A stretch of DNA of 64,000 nucleotides from Nemertoderma westbladi (taxonomy: Eukaryota > Animalia > Xenacoelomorpha), in assembly GCA_032718475.1 (NCBI GenBank), contig JAUCBJ010001490.1, positions 62,001-126,000 on the forward strand, in the 5' to 3' direction. The notes below the pieces were generated by a model that searched no databases, was not told the DNA's origin, and worked only from the letters and a program-made list of their open reading frames with translations. Position 1 is the first letter of the stretch, and each line of letters starts with the position of its first letter. Position numbers and translations under genes: made by a program. This document shows positions 15,001 through 27,320 of the stretch, in pieces.

Positions 15001-18000
15001 AAACAAGTTTCGGAAACAAGTTTCAGAAACTTGTTGCCGGACTCATCACACACAGAAACAAGATTCGGAAACAAGTTGCAGAAACGTGTTGCTGGGCTCC
15101 TCACACACAAAACAAGTTTCGGAAACAAGTTGTAGAAACCTGTTGCTGGACTCTTCCACACAGAAACAAGTTGCCGAAATTTGTTTGATTCCTCGCCACA
15201 GAAACAAGTTTCGGAAACAAGTTGCAGCAACTTGTTGCTGGGCTCCTCACACACATAACAAGTTTCGGAAACAAGTTGTAGAAACTTGTTGCTGGACTCC
15301 TCACCACAGAAACAAGTTTCCGAAACAAGTTGCAGAAATTTGTTGGACTCCTCACACACAGAAACAAGTTGCAGAAACGTGTTGCTGGACTCCCTCACAC
15401 ACAGAAACAAGTTTCGGAAACAAGTTGCAGAAACTTGTTGGACTCCTCGCCACAGAAAAAAGTTGCAGAAACTTGTTGGACTCCTCACCACAGAAACAAG
15501 TTTCGGAAACAAGTTGCAGAAACTTATTGGACTCCTCACACACAGAAACAAGTTGCAGAAACGTGTTGCAGGACTCCCTCACACACAGAAACAAGTTTCG
15601 GAAACAAGTTGCAGAAACTTGTTGGACTCCTCACCACAGAAACAAATTGCAGAAACTTGTTGGACTCCTCGCCATTGAAACAAGTTTCGGAAACAAGTTG
15701 CAGAAACTTGTTGGACTCCTCGCCATAGAAACAAGTTTCGGAAACAAGTTGCAGAAACTTGTTGGACTCCTCACCACAGAAACAAGTTTCGGAAACAAGT
15801 TGCAGAAACTTGTTGGACTCCTCGCCATAGAAACAAGTTTCGGAAACAAGTTGCAGAAACTTGTTGGACTCCTCACACACAGAAACAAGTTTCGGAAACA
15901 AGTTGCAGAAACTTGTTGGACTCCTCGCCATAGAAACAAGTTTCGGAAACAAGTTGCAGAAACTTGTTGGACTCCTCACACACAGAAACAAGTTTCGGAA
16001 ACAAGTTGCAGAAACTTGTTGGACTCCTCACCACAGAAACAAGTTTCGGAAACAAGTTGCAGAGACTTATTGGACTCCTCACACACAGAAACAAGTTTTG
16101 GAAACAAGTTGCAGAAACGTGTTGCTGGACTTCCTCACACACAGAAACAAGTTGCAGAAACTTGTTGGACTCCTCACCACAGAAACAAGTTTCGGAAACA
16201 AGTTACAGAAACGTGTTGCTGGACTCCCTCACACACAGAAACAAGTTTCGGAAACAAGTTGTAGAAACTTGTTGGACTCCTCACCACAGAAACAAGTTTC
16301 GGAAACAAGTTGCAGAAACGTGTTGCTGGACTCCCTCACACACAGAAACAAATTTCGGAAACAAGTTGCAGAAACTTGTTGGACTCCTCGCCATAGAAAC
16401 AAGTTTCGGAAACAAATTTCGGAAACAAGTTTCAGAAACAAGTTGCAGAAACTTGTTGGACTCCTCACACACAGAAACAAGTTTCTGAAACAAGTTGCAG
16501 AAACTTGTTGGACTCCTCACCACAGAAACAAGTTTCGGTAATAAGTTGCAGAAACTTGTTGGACTCCTCACCACAGAAACAAGTTTCGGAAACAAGTTGC
16601 AGAAACTTGTTGGACTTCTCACCACAGAAACAAGTTGCAGAAACGTGTCGCTGGACTCCCTCACACACAGAAACAAGTTTCGGAAACAAGTTGCAGAAAC
16701 TTGTTGGACTCCTCACCACAGAAACAAGTTGCAGAAACTTGTTGGACTCCTCACCACAGAAACAAGTTTCGGAAACAAGTTGCAGAAACTTGTTGGACTC
16801 CTCGCCATAGAAACAAGTTTCGGAAACAAGTTGCAGAAACTTTTTGGACTCCTCACCACAGAAACAAGTTTCGGAAACAAGTTGCAGAAACTTGTTGGAC
16901 TCCTTACACACCTAAACAAGTTTCAGAAACAAGTTGCAGAAATTTGTTGGACTCCTCACCACAGAAACAAGTTTCGGAAACAAGTTGCAGAAACTTGTTG
17001 GACTCCTCACACACAGAAACAAGTTTCGGAAACAAGTTGCAGAAACTTGTTGGACTCCTCGCACACAGAAACAAGTTTCGGAAACAAGTTGCAGAAACTT
17101 GTTGGACTCCTCACACACAGAAAGAAGTTTTGGAAACAAGTTGCAAAAACGTGTTGCTGGACTCCCTCACACACAGAAACAAGTTGCAGAAACTTGTTGG
17201 ACTCCTCACACACAGAAATAAGTTTCGGAAACAAGTTGCAGAAACTTGTTGGACTCCTCGCCATAGAAACAAGTTTCGGAAACAAATTTCGGAAACAAGT
17301 TTCAGAAACAAGTTGCAGAAACTTGTTGGACTCCTCACACACAGAAACAAGTTTCTGAAACAAGTTGCAGAAACTTGTTGGACTCCTCACACACAGAAAT
17401 AAGTTTCGGAAACAAGTTGCAGAAACTTGTTGGACTCCTCGCCATAGAAACAAGTTTCGGAAACAAATTTCGGAAACAAGTTTCAGAAACAAGTTGCAGA
17501 AACTTGTTGGACTCCTCACACACAGAAACAAGTTTCGGAAACAAGTTGCAGAATCTTGTTGGACTCCTCACCACAGAAACAAGTTTCGGAAACAAGTTGC
17601 AGAAACGTGTTGCTGGACTCCCTCACACACAGAAACAAGTTTCGGAAACAAGTTGTAGAAAGTTGTTGGACTCCTCACCACAGAAACAAGTTTCGGAAAC
17701 AAGTTGCAGAAACGTGTTGCTGGACTCCCTCACACACAGAAACAAGTTTCGGAAACAAGTTGTAGAAACTTGTTGGACTCCTCACCACAGAAACAAGTTT
17801 CGGAAACAAGTTGCAGAAACTTGTTGGACTCCTCGCCATAGAAACAAGTTTCGGAAACAAATTTCGGAAACAAGTTTCAGAAACAAATTGCAGAAACTTG
17901 TTGGACTCCTCACACACAGAAACAAGTTTCTGAAACAAGTTGCAGAAACTTGTTGGACTCCTCACCACAGAAACAAGTTTCGGAAATAAGTTGCAGAAAC

Positions 18001-18696
18001 TTGTTGGACTCCTCACACACATAAACAACTTGCAGAAACGTGTTGCTGGACTCCCTCACACACAGAAACAAGTTTCGGAAACAAGTTGCAGGAACTTGTT
18101 GCTGGACTCTTCACACACAGAAACAAGTTTCGGAAAAAAGTTATAGAAACTTGAGGGACTCCTCACCACAGAAACAAGTTTCGGAAACAAGTTACAGAAA
18201 CTTGTTGGACTCCTCACACACAGAAACGAGTTTCGGAAACAAGTTTCAGAAACTTGTTGCTGGACTAGTCACACACAGAAACAAGTTGCAGAAACTTGTT
18301 GGACTCCTCACACAAAGAAACAAGTTGCAGGAAATTGTTGCAGGACTCTTCACACACAGAAACAAGTTTCGGAAAAAAGTTATAGAAACTTGAGGGACTC
18401 CTCACCACAGAAACAAGTTACAGAAACTTATTGCTGGACTCCTCATACACAGAAACAAGTTTCGGAAACAAGTTACAGAAACTTGTTGGACTCCTCACAC
18501 AAAGAAACAAGTTGCAGGAAATTGTTGCAGGACTCTTCACACACAGAAACAAGTTGCAGAAACTTGTTGCTGGACTCACTCACACACATACATTTGTTCC
18601 AGCAACATGTGGCTGGACTCCTCACACACAGAAACGAGTTTCGGAAACAAGTTGCAGAAACTTTTGGATTCATCACACACAGAAAGAAGTTTCGGT
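1..18696. repeat. Complex satellite array, ~51-52 bp monomer (CAGAAACAAGTTTCGGAAACAAGTTGCAGAAACTTGTTGGACTCCTCACACA) built of 13-bp subunits, with higher-order duplications
   Basis: Monomer repeats continuously from the window start. Variants drop or add a 13-bp subunit and vary the tail (CACACACA/CACCACA/CGCCATA/CGCCATTG). Identical ORF translations recur at offsets 2894 and 1638 bp, and near-identical ones at 4151, 7682 and 8100 bp. Confidence 0.97.
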
Positions 18697-18736
18697 AACA
18701 CGTTTCTGTGTGTGAGGGGGTCCAGCAACAAATTTC
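18697..18736 (-). repeat. Single inverted satellite monomer fragment at the array end
   Basis: Reverse complement reads GAAATTTGTTGCTGGACCCCCTCACACACAGAAACGTGTT, i.e. satellite sequence in the opposite orientation. Confidence 0.85.
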
Positions 18737-18737
18737 A

Positions 18738-18864
18738 TGAAGATGCGGATGATCTAGCAAATGCCATGGGTGATAGGGAGTTGTGGCGGTGCAATATTGT
18801 CGTTAAGCCGGCACAGCATTCTTAAAAATGCAGCTGCAATGCAGCATGCCGATCCTAGTAGTAG
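18738..18864 (+). mobile_element. 5'-truncated 3' end of an RTE-like LINE with (TAG)n tail
   Basis: Near-identical to 31722-31850 and to the reverse complement of 39831-39998. Encodes ...EDADDLANAMGDRELWR...* and ends CCTAGTAGTAG. Confidence 0.8.
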
Positions 18865-18934
18865 AGATGAAACTACTATATGTAATTCTGTTTCAGGTAT
18901 CATGTAATCTCATATTAAGATTTGTAGAAAAAAC

Positions 18935-18967
<33 letters not shown>

Positions 18968-19666
18968 CTAACTAAATTACAACACTATAGTGTATTCTAG
19001 GAAATGTTGTAATCACATGACCTCTGACGTCATTCGAATATACACTATAACTATTTCATAATTAATTACAAGTATGTGGGGCGAGTCAAAACTGCGAGTC
19101 ATCAGAGAAATTTTATAATTATACTATGGCCGTTTTCTAAAAGTCTGTGTGTATGGGTGTGTGTGGGTGTGTCGGAAGCCAATATATAACTAGCCATAGT
19201 ATAGGAAGATGAAACTATCTCTGTTTCAAATTTCATGCAATCTCATTACGATTTGTAGAAAAATTTGGGTGGGGAGGGGGGCATGTACTAGAATAACGAC
19301 ACTATATTCCAGGACATGGTGTAATTATAATTGTTCGCTAAGATGGCTTTCAGCTTTGGCTGCACGAAGGCCCCACTCGTGTAATACTTACAAAAATGTC
19401 AATGGGTGAAATTCGAACCAACGGCTCTTACATTCAGAATCCTACGTGTTATCCACGTTGTTATCTACCGTCGAGTATCCGTTTCAAATATCCCTATACA
19501 GTAGCGTAGCTAGACATACATAAACCTGTTCCAGCCGGAACGTTGAGTATTTATGGAATAGAATAAATGGCCTCTAGCGAAGGAATATGCCTGTACGCAT
19601 AATCAGCATTGGATTCCCGGCCTATGGTTTGGGGAGACAGGGGGACTGGAATGCGGAATACTGGAA

Positions 19667-19838
19667 TCGGCAAAAAAGTTGCGTTTCGGCAAAAAAGATG
19701 CGTTTCGGCAAAAAAAGTCGCGATTCGGCAAAAAGTCGCGATTCGGCAAAAAAAAGGTGCGTTTCGGCAAAAAGTTGCGTTTCGGCAACAGTCGCTAATC
19801 GGCGAAAAAGTTGTGTTTCGGCAAATCGGATGTTTCGG
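19667..19838 (+). repeat. ~19-21 bp tandem array (GCGTTTCGGCAAAAAAGTT), left arm of an inverted pair
   Basis: Repeated CG(T/A)TTCGGCAAAAA units; matches the reverse complement of 21718-21930. Confidence 0.85.
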
Positions 19839-20689
19839 ATCTAGCATATACTGTAGTTATAATTAGTCATGTTTATCTATCTCAACTGTTAGACTATTAT
19901 CAGCCTTATCAGCACTCTTTGCTTCATAAATATCGCATATCAAATGTAAATATTTAGATAAACAAAAATATAGTAAATGGTAGAGGGATATTAACGGATA
20001 TATATTTTACATTATGAATTATTAATGTTACTGGTACTATTAATATCAAAAGGGATATCACACTAGAGGCTTAGACACTAGAGGGTTATCACACTGGAAA
20101 TTAAATTTTTATCAAGTTTACCATTATAAATTGCAAAATTACAATTAAACTTAAAAAGTGAAAGGAGCAGCTTAACGAGGTGGGTCTAACCAAAACTACA
20201 AATATATGAAACTTACTACAACAAATTATAAATTAAGGGAAATGAGCAGTTTTCAGAAGCATGGCTTTATAACCAAAACAATAAATGATAACAGTACAAG
20301 CACTGATGTACAGTAAAATGTGGGTGCCTTTAGTTGATCTTGTGACCGCCACTTTCATTACATTCAGTACTATCAGTATATTAGTTACAAAATATTACCA
20401 TAGATGGGGTCCATCTTTCCTACAACAACTAACCTATACCGCTCAGCCAGTCAGGCTCTATAAAGAGGCAGTTTCGTAATGAATATTATTATTACTGTAT
20501 ATTACAGTTATATATATTAAAGTGATTCATTTTTAGTTTTAGATTACCTTTTTTATTGGGCAAGTGATTCGCTTGATTTTTGTTGGGCAAGTGACTCATT
20601 GGGTGAGTGACTGCACTGCACCCCGCCCTGATGAGACTGACATTATTTCAATGTCTGCTTACTATGTCGTGGGATAATATATTGAATCT

Positions 20690-20850
20690 ATAACTGAAAC
20701 TGTAACTGAAATTTTATCGCGATCAAAACTGAAACCGAAATGCTCAATTTTGTACTGTAATACTGAAACTGTAACTGAAATGTTACACTTTGTAATACTG
20801 AAACTGTAACTGAAATGCAAAACTTTGAATAATGAAACTGTAACTGTAAT
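20690..20850 (+). repeat. Short tandem ACTGAAACTGTAACTGAAAT repeats
   Basis: About 4-5 copies of the motif at 36-40 bp spacing. Confidence 0.6.
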
Positions 20851-21717
20851 TTAAATTAGTCAAAATTGATTCAGTTCTCAACACTACACGCAAATAAAAA
20901 AATATTTTTGACCATAGATACATAGGCCAATTGTAAGGTGTAATTATCATTTTCAGACCTAAGGGGCGAGTGGTCTACGAATGGGACGCTCTGATTGGCC
21001 GAAACTGAAACTCGATAAATCTCGACTAGAATTAAACGAAACTCGTCCATACTCGCTAGGAACATCCCTCACCTTAGTTTCAACACCCTATTATTACTAT
21101 TATTATAACATTTCAGTTTTACAATTTGTTGCTAATGTCTACAGTCAAGTTAATGTATATTCGCTTGCTCAAATTCGCATGTACTGTAATGTATTTATAT
21201 GGTTTTATTTATTATGTTCAATTGTGCTTTGCAGTTTAATTTTAGTGCATTATTTAGGTTTTGAATTGAACTACCGTATTAGGTGTTTTATGATTTATGT
21301 AACAATAAATGCAACAGGAAACTTATATTTTACAAAATCTTTACGTTTTAGGAAAGCGACCTCTTTTACTTTCCTGCAATGGGCACAGGCGCGGTACTCT
21401 ACTCCACCGTGTATTTTCTTAGTTCCCATCTGTACACAATATTTATTTATATCACCCTCTTTAATTGTACGAACCTGCCCAGAAAGTCTCTTACTTAGGA
21501 CTTTCTGGGCCTCACCAAAATTCATATTTAACAGGACGACGTACAGTATACATATACAACACTATTCCAGGTCAGGGAAGTTAAACTTTTATTAGCATTG
21601 CAACTAACGAACGAAAGTGCTATTGTGGTGTATATTTATAATGTCCTACTTGTTTCACTTTTAATTTTACTTGTATTGTTTATAGTATAGTGCATTCTTC
21701 TGCGATAAAGAAATAAT

Positions 21718-21930
21718 TTTGCCGAAACGCAATCTTTTGCCGAAACGCAACTTTTTGCCGAATCGCGACTGTTGCCGAAACGCAACTTTTTGCCGAAACG
21801 CAACTTTTTTGCCGAATCGCACCTTTTTGCCGAAACGCGACATTTTTTTGCCGAAACGCATCTTTTTTGCCGAAACGCAACTTTTTTTGCCGAAACGCGA
21901 CTGTTGCCGAATCGCGACAGTGGCCGAAAC
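21718..21930 (-). repeat. ~19-21 bp tandem array (TTTTTGCCGAAACGC), right arm of the inverted pair
   Basis: Reverse complement repeats the same order of variant units as 19667-19838 (GTTGCG.., GATGCG.., GTCGCG..). Confidence 0.85.
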
Positions 21931-22148
21931 CCGACGACACCGATCCAATACCCCCCCCCCCCCCCCCCCTTAAAGTCGTCACTGCTCCTAATAATGCTAG
22001 GAATCCTTGCAACCCAAGTTTATAAATAAAGTAATAATGTAATTTAGTAGGTCTATATGGTACGGTACCGGTACAGGTATACTGAACTAATACTGCGCTA
22101 ACAACAAAACAACAATACTGCTAAAGCAAATCACTGCTAAACCCAGAC

Positions 22149-22436
22149 ATGCGAAAAGAGTTGAGAGATAAACTTACAAGTAACTTAGTATATTTCTTGG
22201 ATGAACTTGATAACCTTTCACGTATCGTTTATATGCTAAAGGCAAAAGGCGTGTTTACGATTAACCAAGTTGACGAAATCCTGGGGCCTCAATCCAATCG
22301 TAAAACCCATTCGGATACTGTATATGGGTTAGTTGAGGCCCTTAAAAAACGGCCGGATGACGATTTTGAAACTTTCTGTGAAATTTTAAGAAACGATAAC
22401 CAAATGCATGTATTTGATAGACTCATGTCCTCTTGA
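22149..22436 (+). CDS. CARD (death-fold) domain-only protein, 95 aa, single exon
   Basis: Six-helix CARD pattern: L..NLVYFLDEL...IVYML.AKGVFT..QVDEI...T.SD.VYGLVEALKKRPDDDFETFCEILR..NQ.HV...L. Intact ATG-to-TGA ORF. Confidence 0.75.
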   Translation: MRKELRDKLTSNLVYFLDELDNLSRIVYMLKAKGVFTINQVDEILGPQSNRKTHSDTVYGLVEALKKRPDDDFETFCEILRNDNQMHVFDRLMSS

Positions 22437-23885
22437 GTTCAAGGGAAAGTAGCAAGTTACAGTAGCACGTTCCGACGTTATTCTAACCAAACCAATAAAC
22501 GAAAGTCAACAGAACAGTTTAGTTTATTTTTGGGAGGAATCAGAAGTTACAGTATATTCGCGTCGATTTTACCCGGGAGTTTTATTTTTGATTGCGTCGA
22601 AAGTGCCGCCTTATCTGTTATATTATGAGGAATCGCGGAATTGGAATATTTTATCACCGAGATCGCCATTCCATTATCCGATATCGTTTACGCAACACTT
22701 CGATTCTGATTCTTCGATTCGACACCGCAGCTCTGGTTATTACGCAGCTATTGTTTCGGACAGGACAGCTACTTGCCCACCACCATCTCCTCATTAAAAC
22801 AAAACCAACAACAATTAATGTCGTCGTCCTTCATTCATAAATCACAACTCAAACACTTTGTACCGGTACATAGCCAGCCTAGGTGTATACATACCGTAGG
22901 TCGATCAATCATTCATGTTTAATTGAAAAATTCGTTAAATTAACTTGCGGTAATTTGTGTTCATACATATATTTTCAATATTGTACTTGTCAGTGACACT
23001 CTGACACGCACGCGCTGCATGGAATTTAAATACCTCCATTTATATGCCATCTTGCTTCATCAATGTACAGCGGCGATAAAAATACAGATTTGTTTTTATC
23101 GTTTAGGAGAGTATGATTGCTATAGTTTTTAATGTTAAACCATATCATTTTGTAGACGTCAAATTGTTAATTATTAATTCATTTTAAAACCGAGTTGTCG
23201 ATATTTGGAACGTTGTAAACTGCAATAACATTAACATTATTTATTAGTTTTACCGAAAAACTAAATGATCGATTTTTTACCTTTTACCATTTTAACCGAT
23301 TCTTACAGTAGATTATATTTCACGTTTTATATATTTTATTTCCATGTTTCGATTTATTCTATTTCATCGGAATTTTAGATTTAAGTTTTCTTTTTACTTA
23401 TTTTTAATTTAATATTGCCATTTTCATATTTTATCAATATTTAGATTAAATTGCACAACCAATATTTTATTATCATTATCTACATTTGAGTGTTAATCAG
23501 CTGTCACCATAAGTTGTATGTTAAATTATTTTTTCCGGAGATTTTGTTATTGATATAATGATATTTTATCCATCAAACAAGTGTAATTCATATCTACCAT
23601 ATGGCCTAGTTGTACCTAGGTGGTGCCCCCCCCCCCCCCCCCCCCCCCCCAATTTAAATTAAATTGAATGTATTAATAAATAGTCAATTTTAAATATAAT
23701 ACAGTAGGATATGAATAACGCTCACCAAATCGACAAAATACGGCCCTATTGGGGCTCAAACCCTGAAGTATCTGGGGTCTCAAAGTTTCTCTTTCCGTCA
23801 GCAATGTGGCCATGTGAGTAGGCCTACTGTAGTACTGTCTTGAGACAAATGAGCTACCGGGCCTGATAAAGAATTTATTCGCTAT

Positions 23886-23923
23886 ACTAGAAAGCCCGTG
23901 GCCTTCGGCCACGGCTTTCTAGT
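23886..23923. other. Near-perfect hairpin with TTCG loop and CTAG termini (possible Helitron-type end)
   Basis: ACTAGAAAGCCCGTGGCC-TTC-GGCCACGGCTTTCTAGT is self-complementary with one bulge. Confidence 0.55.
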
Positions 23924-26041
23924 TCACAAGCTATATACAGTCAATCAATAAATGGACAATATCAAACATAAATAAATAAATTAATTAACTTAACAAAACT
24001 TTACACAAGACTATCAGACTGATTCCGTTTTAGTTGCAGCTACATACAATAATAAACATAAGGCTTTATGTTGTAGTAGATACCTACCAAGTAACACCTC
24101 CAATGGATTACAAATAATAAAATGGGAAAAGGTTTTAACTGTGTGTGATATTTTCCCCTTAGTGGAAAACTGCATAACTGCAGAGTAGTGGTTAGCATCC
24201 TCGCAAACACAACCTATAGTGCAACAGGTCACAGCAGAAACTCCTACTGGCAACTGCATAATTCTGCACTGGTTAGCGTCCTCCCCAAACACGAAGACTG
24301 TGCTGTAGTAGTCCTCTGCCAAGTGCAAAGTATCAGCAAAAAAACATTCATAAAGAACAAAATTGTAGGTTTCCTCTTTCAGACATTTCATCCCCCAATC
24401 CTAGACTGGGGAACTGTGATGATTCTGTGACTCCGTAAAGATACAGCCTATGCTGTAGTAGATAGCTAGCTACCAAAGCATTAAAACCAACCAAATGAGA
24501 TCAGGTTTTCACTATCGGACAATTCGCCCTCTAGCGGCGGACGGTGGAACTTCAGACAGCTCTGAGTATTACTTTGCAACGAGTATGGGCGAGACCTTTC
24601 TAACAAGCTATATAATAACGAACCTGTCTTTAGACTGGGTAGTTTTTGTCTAAAGCTGAGGCCGGCAAAAACACGATGGATATATTTACCTATATATATC
24701 ACTCACTATGTATGTTCACCAAATGGCTTGAAACCACTTGCATGCATTGTAAAATTGTAAACGCAAGTATTTATCAATTGTTGTCTAGTTGTTGAATAAA
24801 AAAGTTGGGAACGATTCGAAGTGCGATATTCGAAATATTTGCATATTTTCAACATTATTGAACGCGAAATTAAATACCCACAACTCCCTTGCTTGAAATG
24901 TTTTTCAGGTGATTGATATTTAGCAATTATTATGAGGTTACTTACTACTGAAATCTGACAGAATGCCAAACGTATTATTATAGTTCTATCTCTATTCAGC
25001 CAGTTAGTGTAATGTCAAGCAGTACATCATTTATATATCGTATGTATCTATAGGGCCTAATTGTCATCGTTATAATACTGTCATCAACTTAGGCTAAGCT
25101 CAATTGTAATGCAAAGGCTTAGTAGGTTTTGTATATCTGGGACGTTTACAACAGCTGTCGATTAAACTAACAAAACCATAAAACTGAACCAGGGTGGCTG
25201 CCAGCCGGGTACCAACGGCTGTTGGGTAGACTTAATGGAAGATTTCACAAACTTTCATAGGAGGCTTGTACAATGTACATTATATTGGTTGCTCCGATGT
25301 TTTTATTAGGCTAACTGAGAATGTATCAGGTATAAATACTGTAATTATAGTGTTCTTTATTTTATTTATCTAATACAGAAAAGACCCCTCCGCAGAATAA
25401 ACTGCTCTTTTGGGCCGTTTCTCAGGTTGCGGATATGGATACCATTTCACACATCATCGTAGTAATTGTGATTATGATTTGTTTGCCTAGGCGAATGTGT
25501 ATTACATTAGATGGGAGGCAGTTTTTTGGTTGATGCAAGTCATTCTTGGTTTGCATCTTCCAATCCCATCTGTTTCTTGGAGTCTGTGTAAGACAGGTTC
25601 GTTTAAAGCCATCTTGATGGCGTTCTAGTAACATATTAGCTATATAACTAACAAAACAATAAACTAACACAATAGAACAGGTTCCAGTTTTATTTTTGAG
25701 AGTAATCAGCTGTTATTTGCGTCGAATTTCCCCTGGAGAGGGATGAATTTTTATTGCCCCTATCTGAGCCGATGATAAACAGACACCCAGACCAGACAGA
25801 TGATAATTGATATTTATATTTATTAGATTTTAAATGTATTTATAATATTAGATAAAATAATAATACAGCAATTACTACAGAAATTATCACTTTTAATATT
25901 CAGAACAGTAAAATAATAAAAAAACTAAAATGTTATAAACCTCTCTTTCCACGCAGCCATTATTGATTGAGAAAGCAGAATTAGTCTTGGACAGTTCGCA
26001 ACAAACAACCCACCCCAATCAACACTCCAGCCTGGCTTGCT

Positions 26042-26595
26042 ACTTACCTGTGCCCAGCCAGCTAGCTACGAGTTCAATAATTACCTTAACGTTGCTATGA
26101 TACAGATAAAAATCCTTCCCTATTAACTATGTAACAATAGGCCAATTTGATCCTGCGTGTCGAATATGACATATTTATACACTATTTGATTTTTAATCAA
26201 TAAATAATCATACATATTTATATTAAACACTCGAATAAAATAAAAACTTTGTGAGAATGGGACACGGCGAATCTACTCATGTTAATTTTATACCAGGTGG
26301 GATAAATGTTAGCCCTCTAAATCATTAATTACCTATAGAAGAACCGAAATAATTCGATAAATTTCGCCCGAACGAACACAAAATACGCATTCACGCAAGC
26401 AAACGCGTGAAATTAGCCTCGAGATAGCGATAGTTTACGTGCTCAGGACGAGAGCTTTCGATTGATGTATCATTTGCTCAGATTGGTGCATGTGTGTCGG
26501 AGCGTATAGCTTGGACAGACTCACAGACTCATAGACTCACAGACTCATAGACTCATAGACTCACAGACAGACAGAGGATATTTATATATATAGAT
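26042..26595 (-). mobile_element. Putative non-autonomous Helitron-like element
   Basis: Minus strand begins (A)TCTATATATATAAAT followed by a CTGT/GAGT microsatellite, the typical 5' architecture of invertebrate non-autonomous Helitrons. The other end is degenerate, so that boundary is approximate. Confidence 0.4.
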
Positions 26596-26726
26596 CATGG
26601 GTGGCCCATCAGTCACTCAAAGGAAAGTATAACGTTTTTTTTCTCGCTCTGGATGCCATTACAGTAGGCCTGCTACCATACCACACTAATATCATATTTT
26701 AATACACCGTCACGCCTCACTCCACC

Positions 26727-26953
26727 GGGTCAGAGTAAAACGCGGATCCGGATCCGAATTCTACATTTAACATTGTCCCAACGGAAGTCGATATTTTTTT
26801 TACATTTTTATAACTCCCAAAAATAAAACTATAACCTGTTCTATTGACTTTAGTTTATTGTTTTGGTTAAACTAACGTGCCACTGTAACCTGCTCCTTTC
26901 CCTTAATTGATAATTTTGGAATCGGGATCCGGATCCACGTTTTACACCTACCC
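26727..26953. mobile_element. 227-bp MITE with TIRs and 9-bp TSD (Mutator-like)
   Basis: TIRs GGGTCAGAGTAAAACGCGGATCCGGATCC / GGATCCGGATCCACGTTTTACACCTACCC, flanked by the direct repeat CACTCCACC at 26718-26726 and 26954-26962. Confidence 0.85.
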
Positions 26954-27249
26954 CACTCCACCATACTAGCTACCTTACAAAACTATAATTATTTTAATTT
27001 CGATTTTGGTATGCTGGGAACTTTAGTACAATTTGTATATTTATTAGTATTTGTGTCGGTAGCTCCAGAGATTATTTATAATTAATTTTTTTAAATTTAT
27101 TATTTGTGTTTTGGGTGAATGAGTGGTTTCAAACGGCCAAGTACAGAAGGATTCAGCACATTAGTGGCAGCAGATGATGGTAGCCATAAGGACGTATAAT
27201 GCGGACATACAATGTATCATGTAGTATTTCCAGGTCCACCTTTTATCTG

Positions 27250-27320
27250 CACCACTAGCGGATACGTTAGAGCGCCAGACTTCCATCCTGGAGGTCACCA
27301 GTTCGATCCCACTTGGACGT
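27250..27320 (+). pseudogene. tRNA-like sequence (tRNA-Gly TCC-derived pseudogene or SINE head)
   Basis: A-box-like TAGCGGATACGTTAGAGCG, anticodon arm CCAGA-CTTCCAT-CCTGG, B-box GTTCGATCCC. The acceptor stem does not pair well. Confidence 0.4.

Noticed and set aside
1-18696. Long ORFs (up to 766 aa) in the satellite
   Set aside because: They are open in many frames on both strands only because the monomer lacks stop codons; frame-shifting monomer lengths and no domain content.
1-18696. CRISPR-like appearance (palindromic repeat plus variable part)
   Set aside because: The variable part is only a few recurring 7-8 bp variants, not unique spacers; eukaryotic context and no cas genes.
19400-19470. 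tRNA-like sequence on the minus strand (GGTTCGAAT B-box)
   Set aside because: Stems do not pair; at best a decayed SINE head.
20981-21595. 204-aa hydrophobic ORF
   Set aside because: AT-rich low-complexity composition with no recognisable motif; probably a chance ORF.
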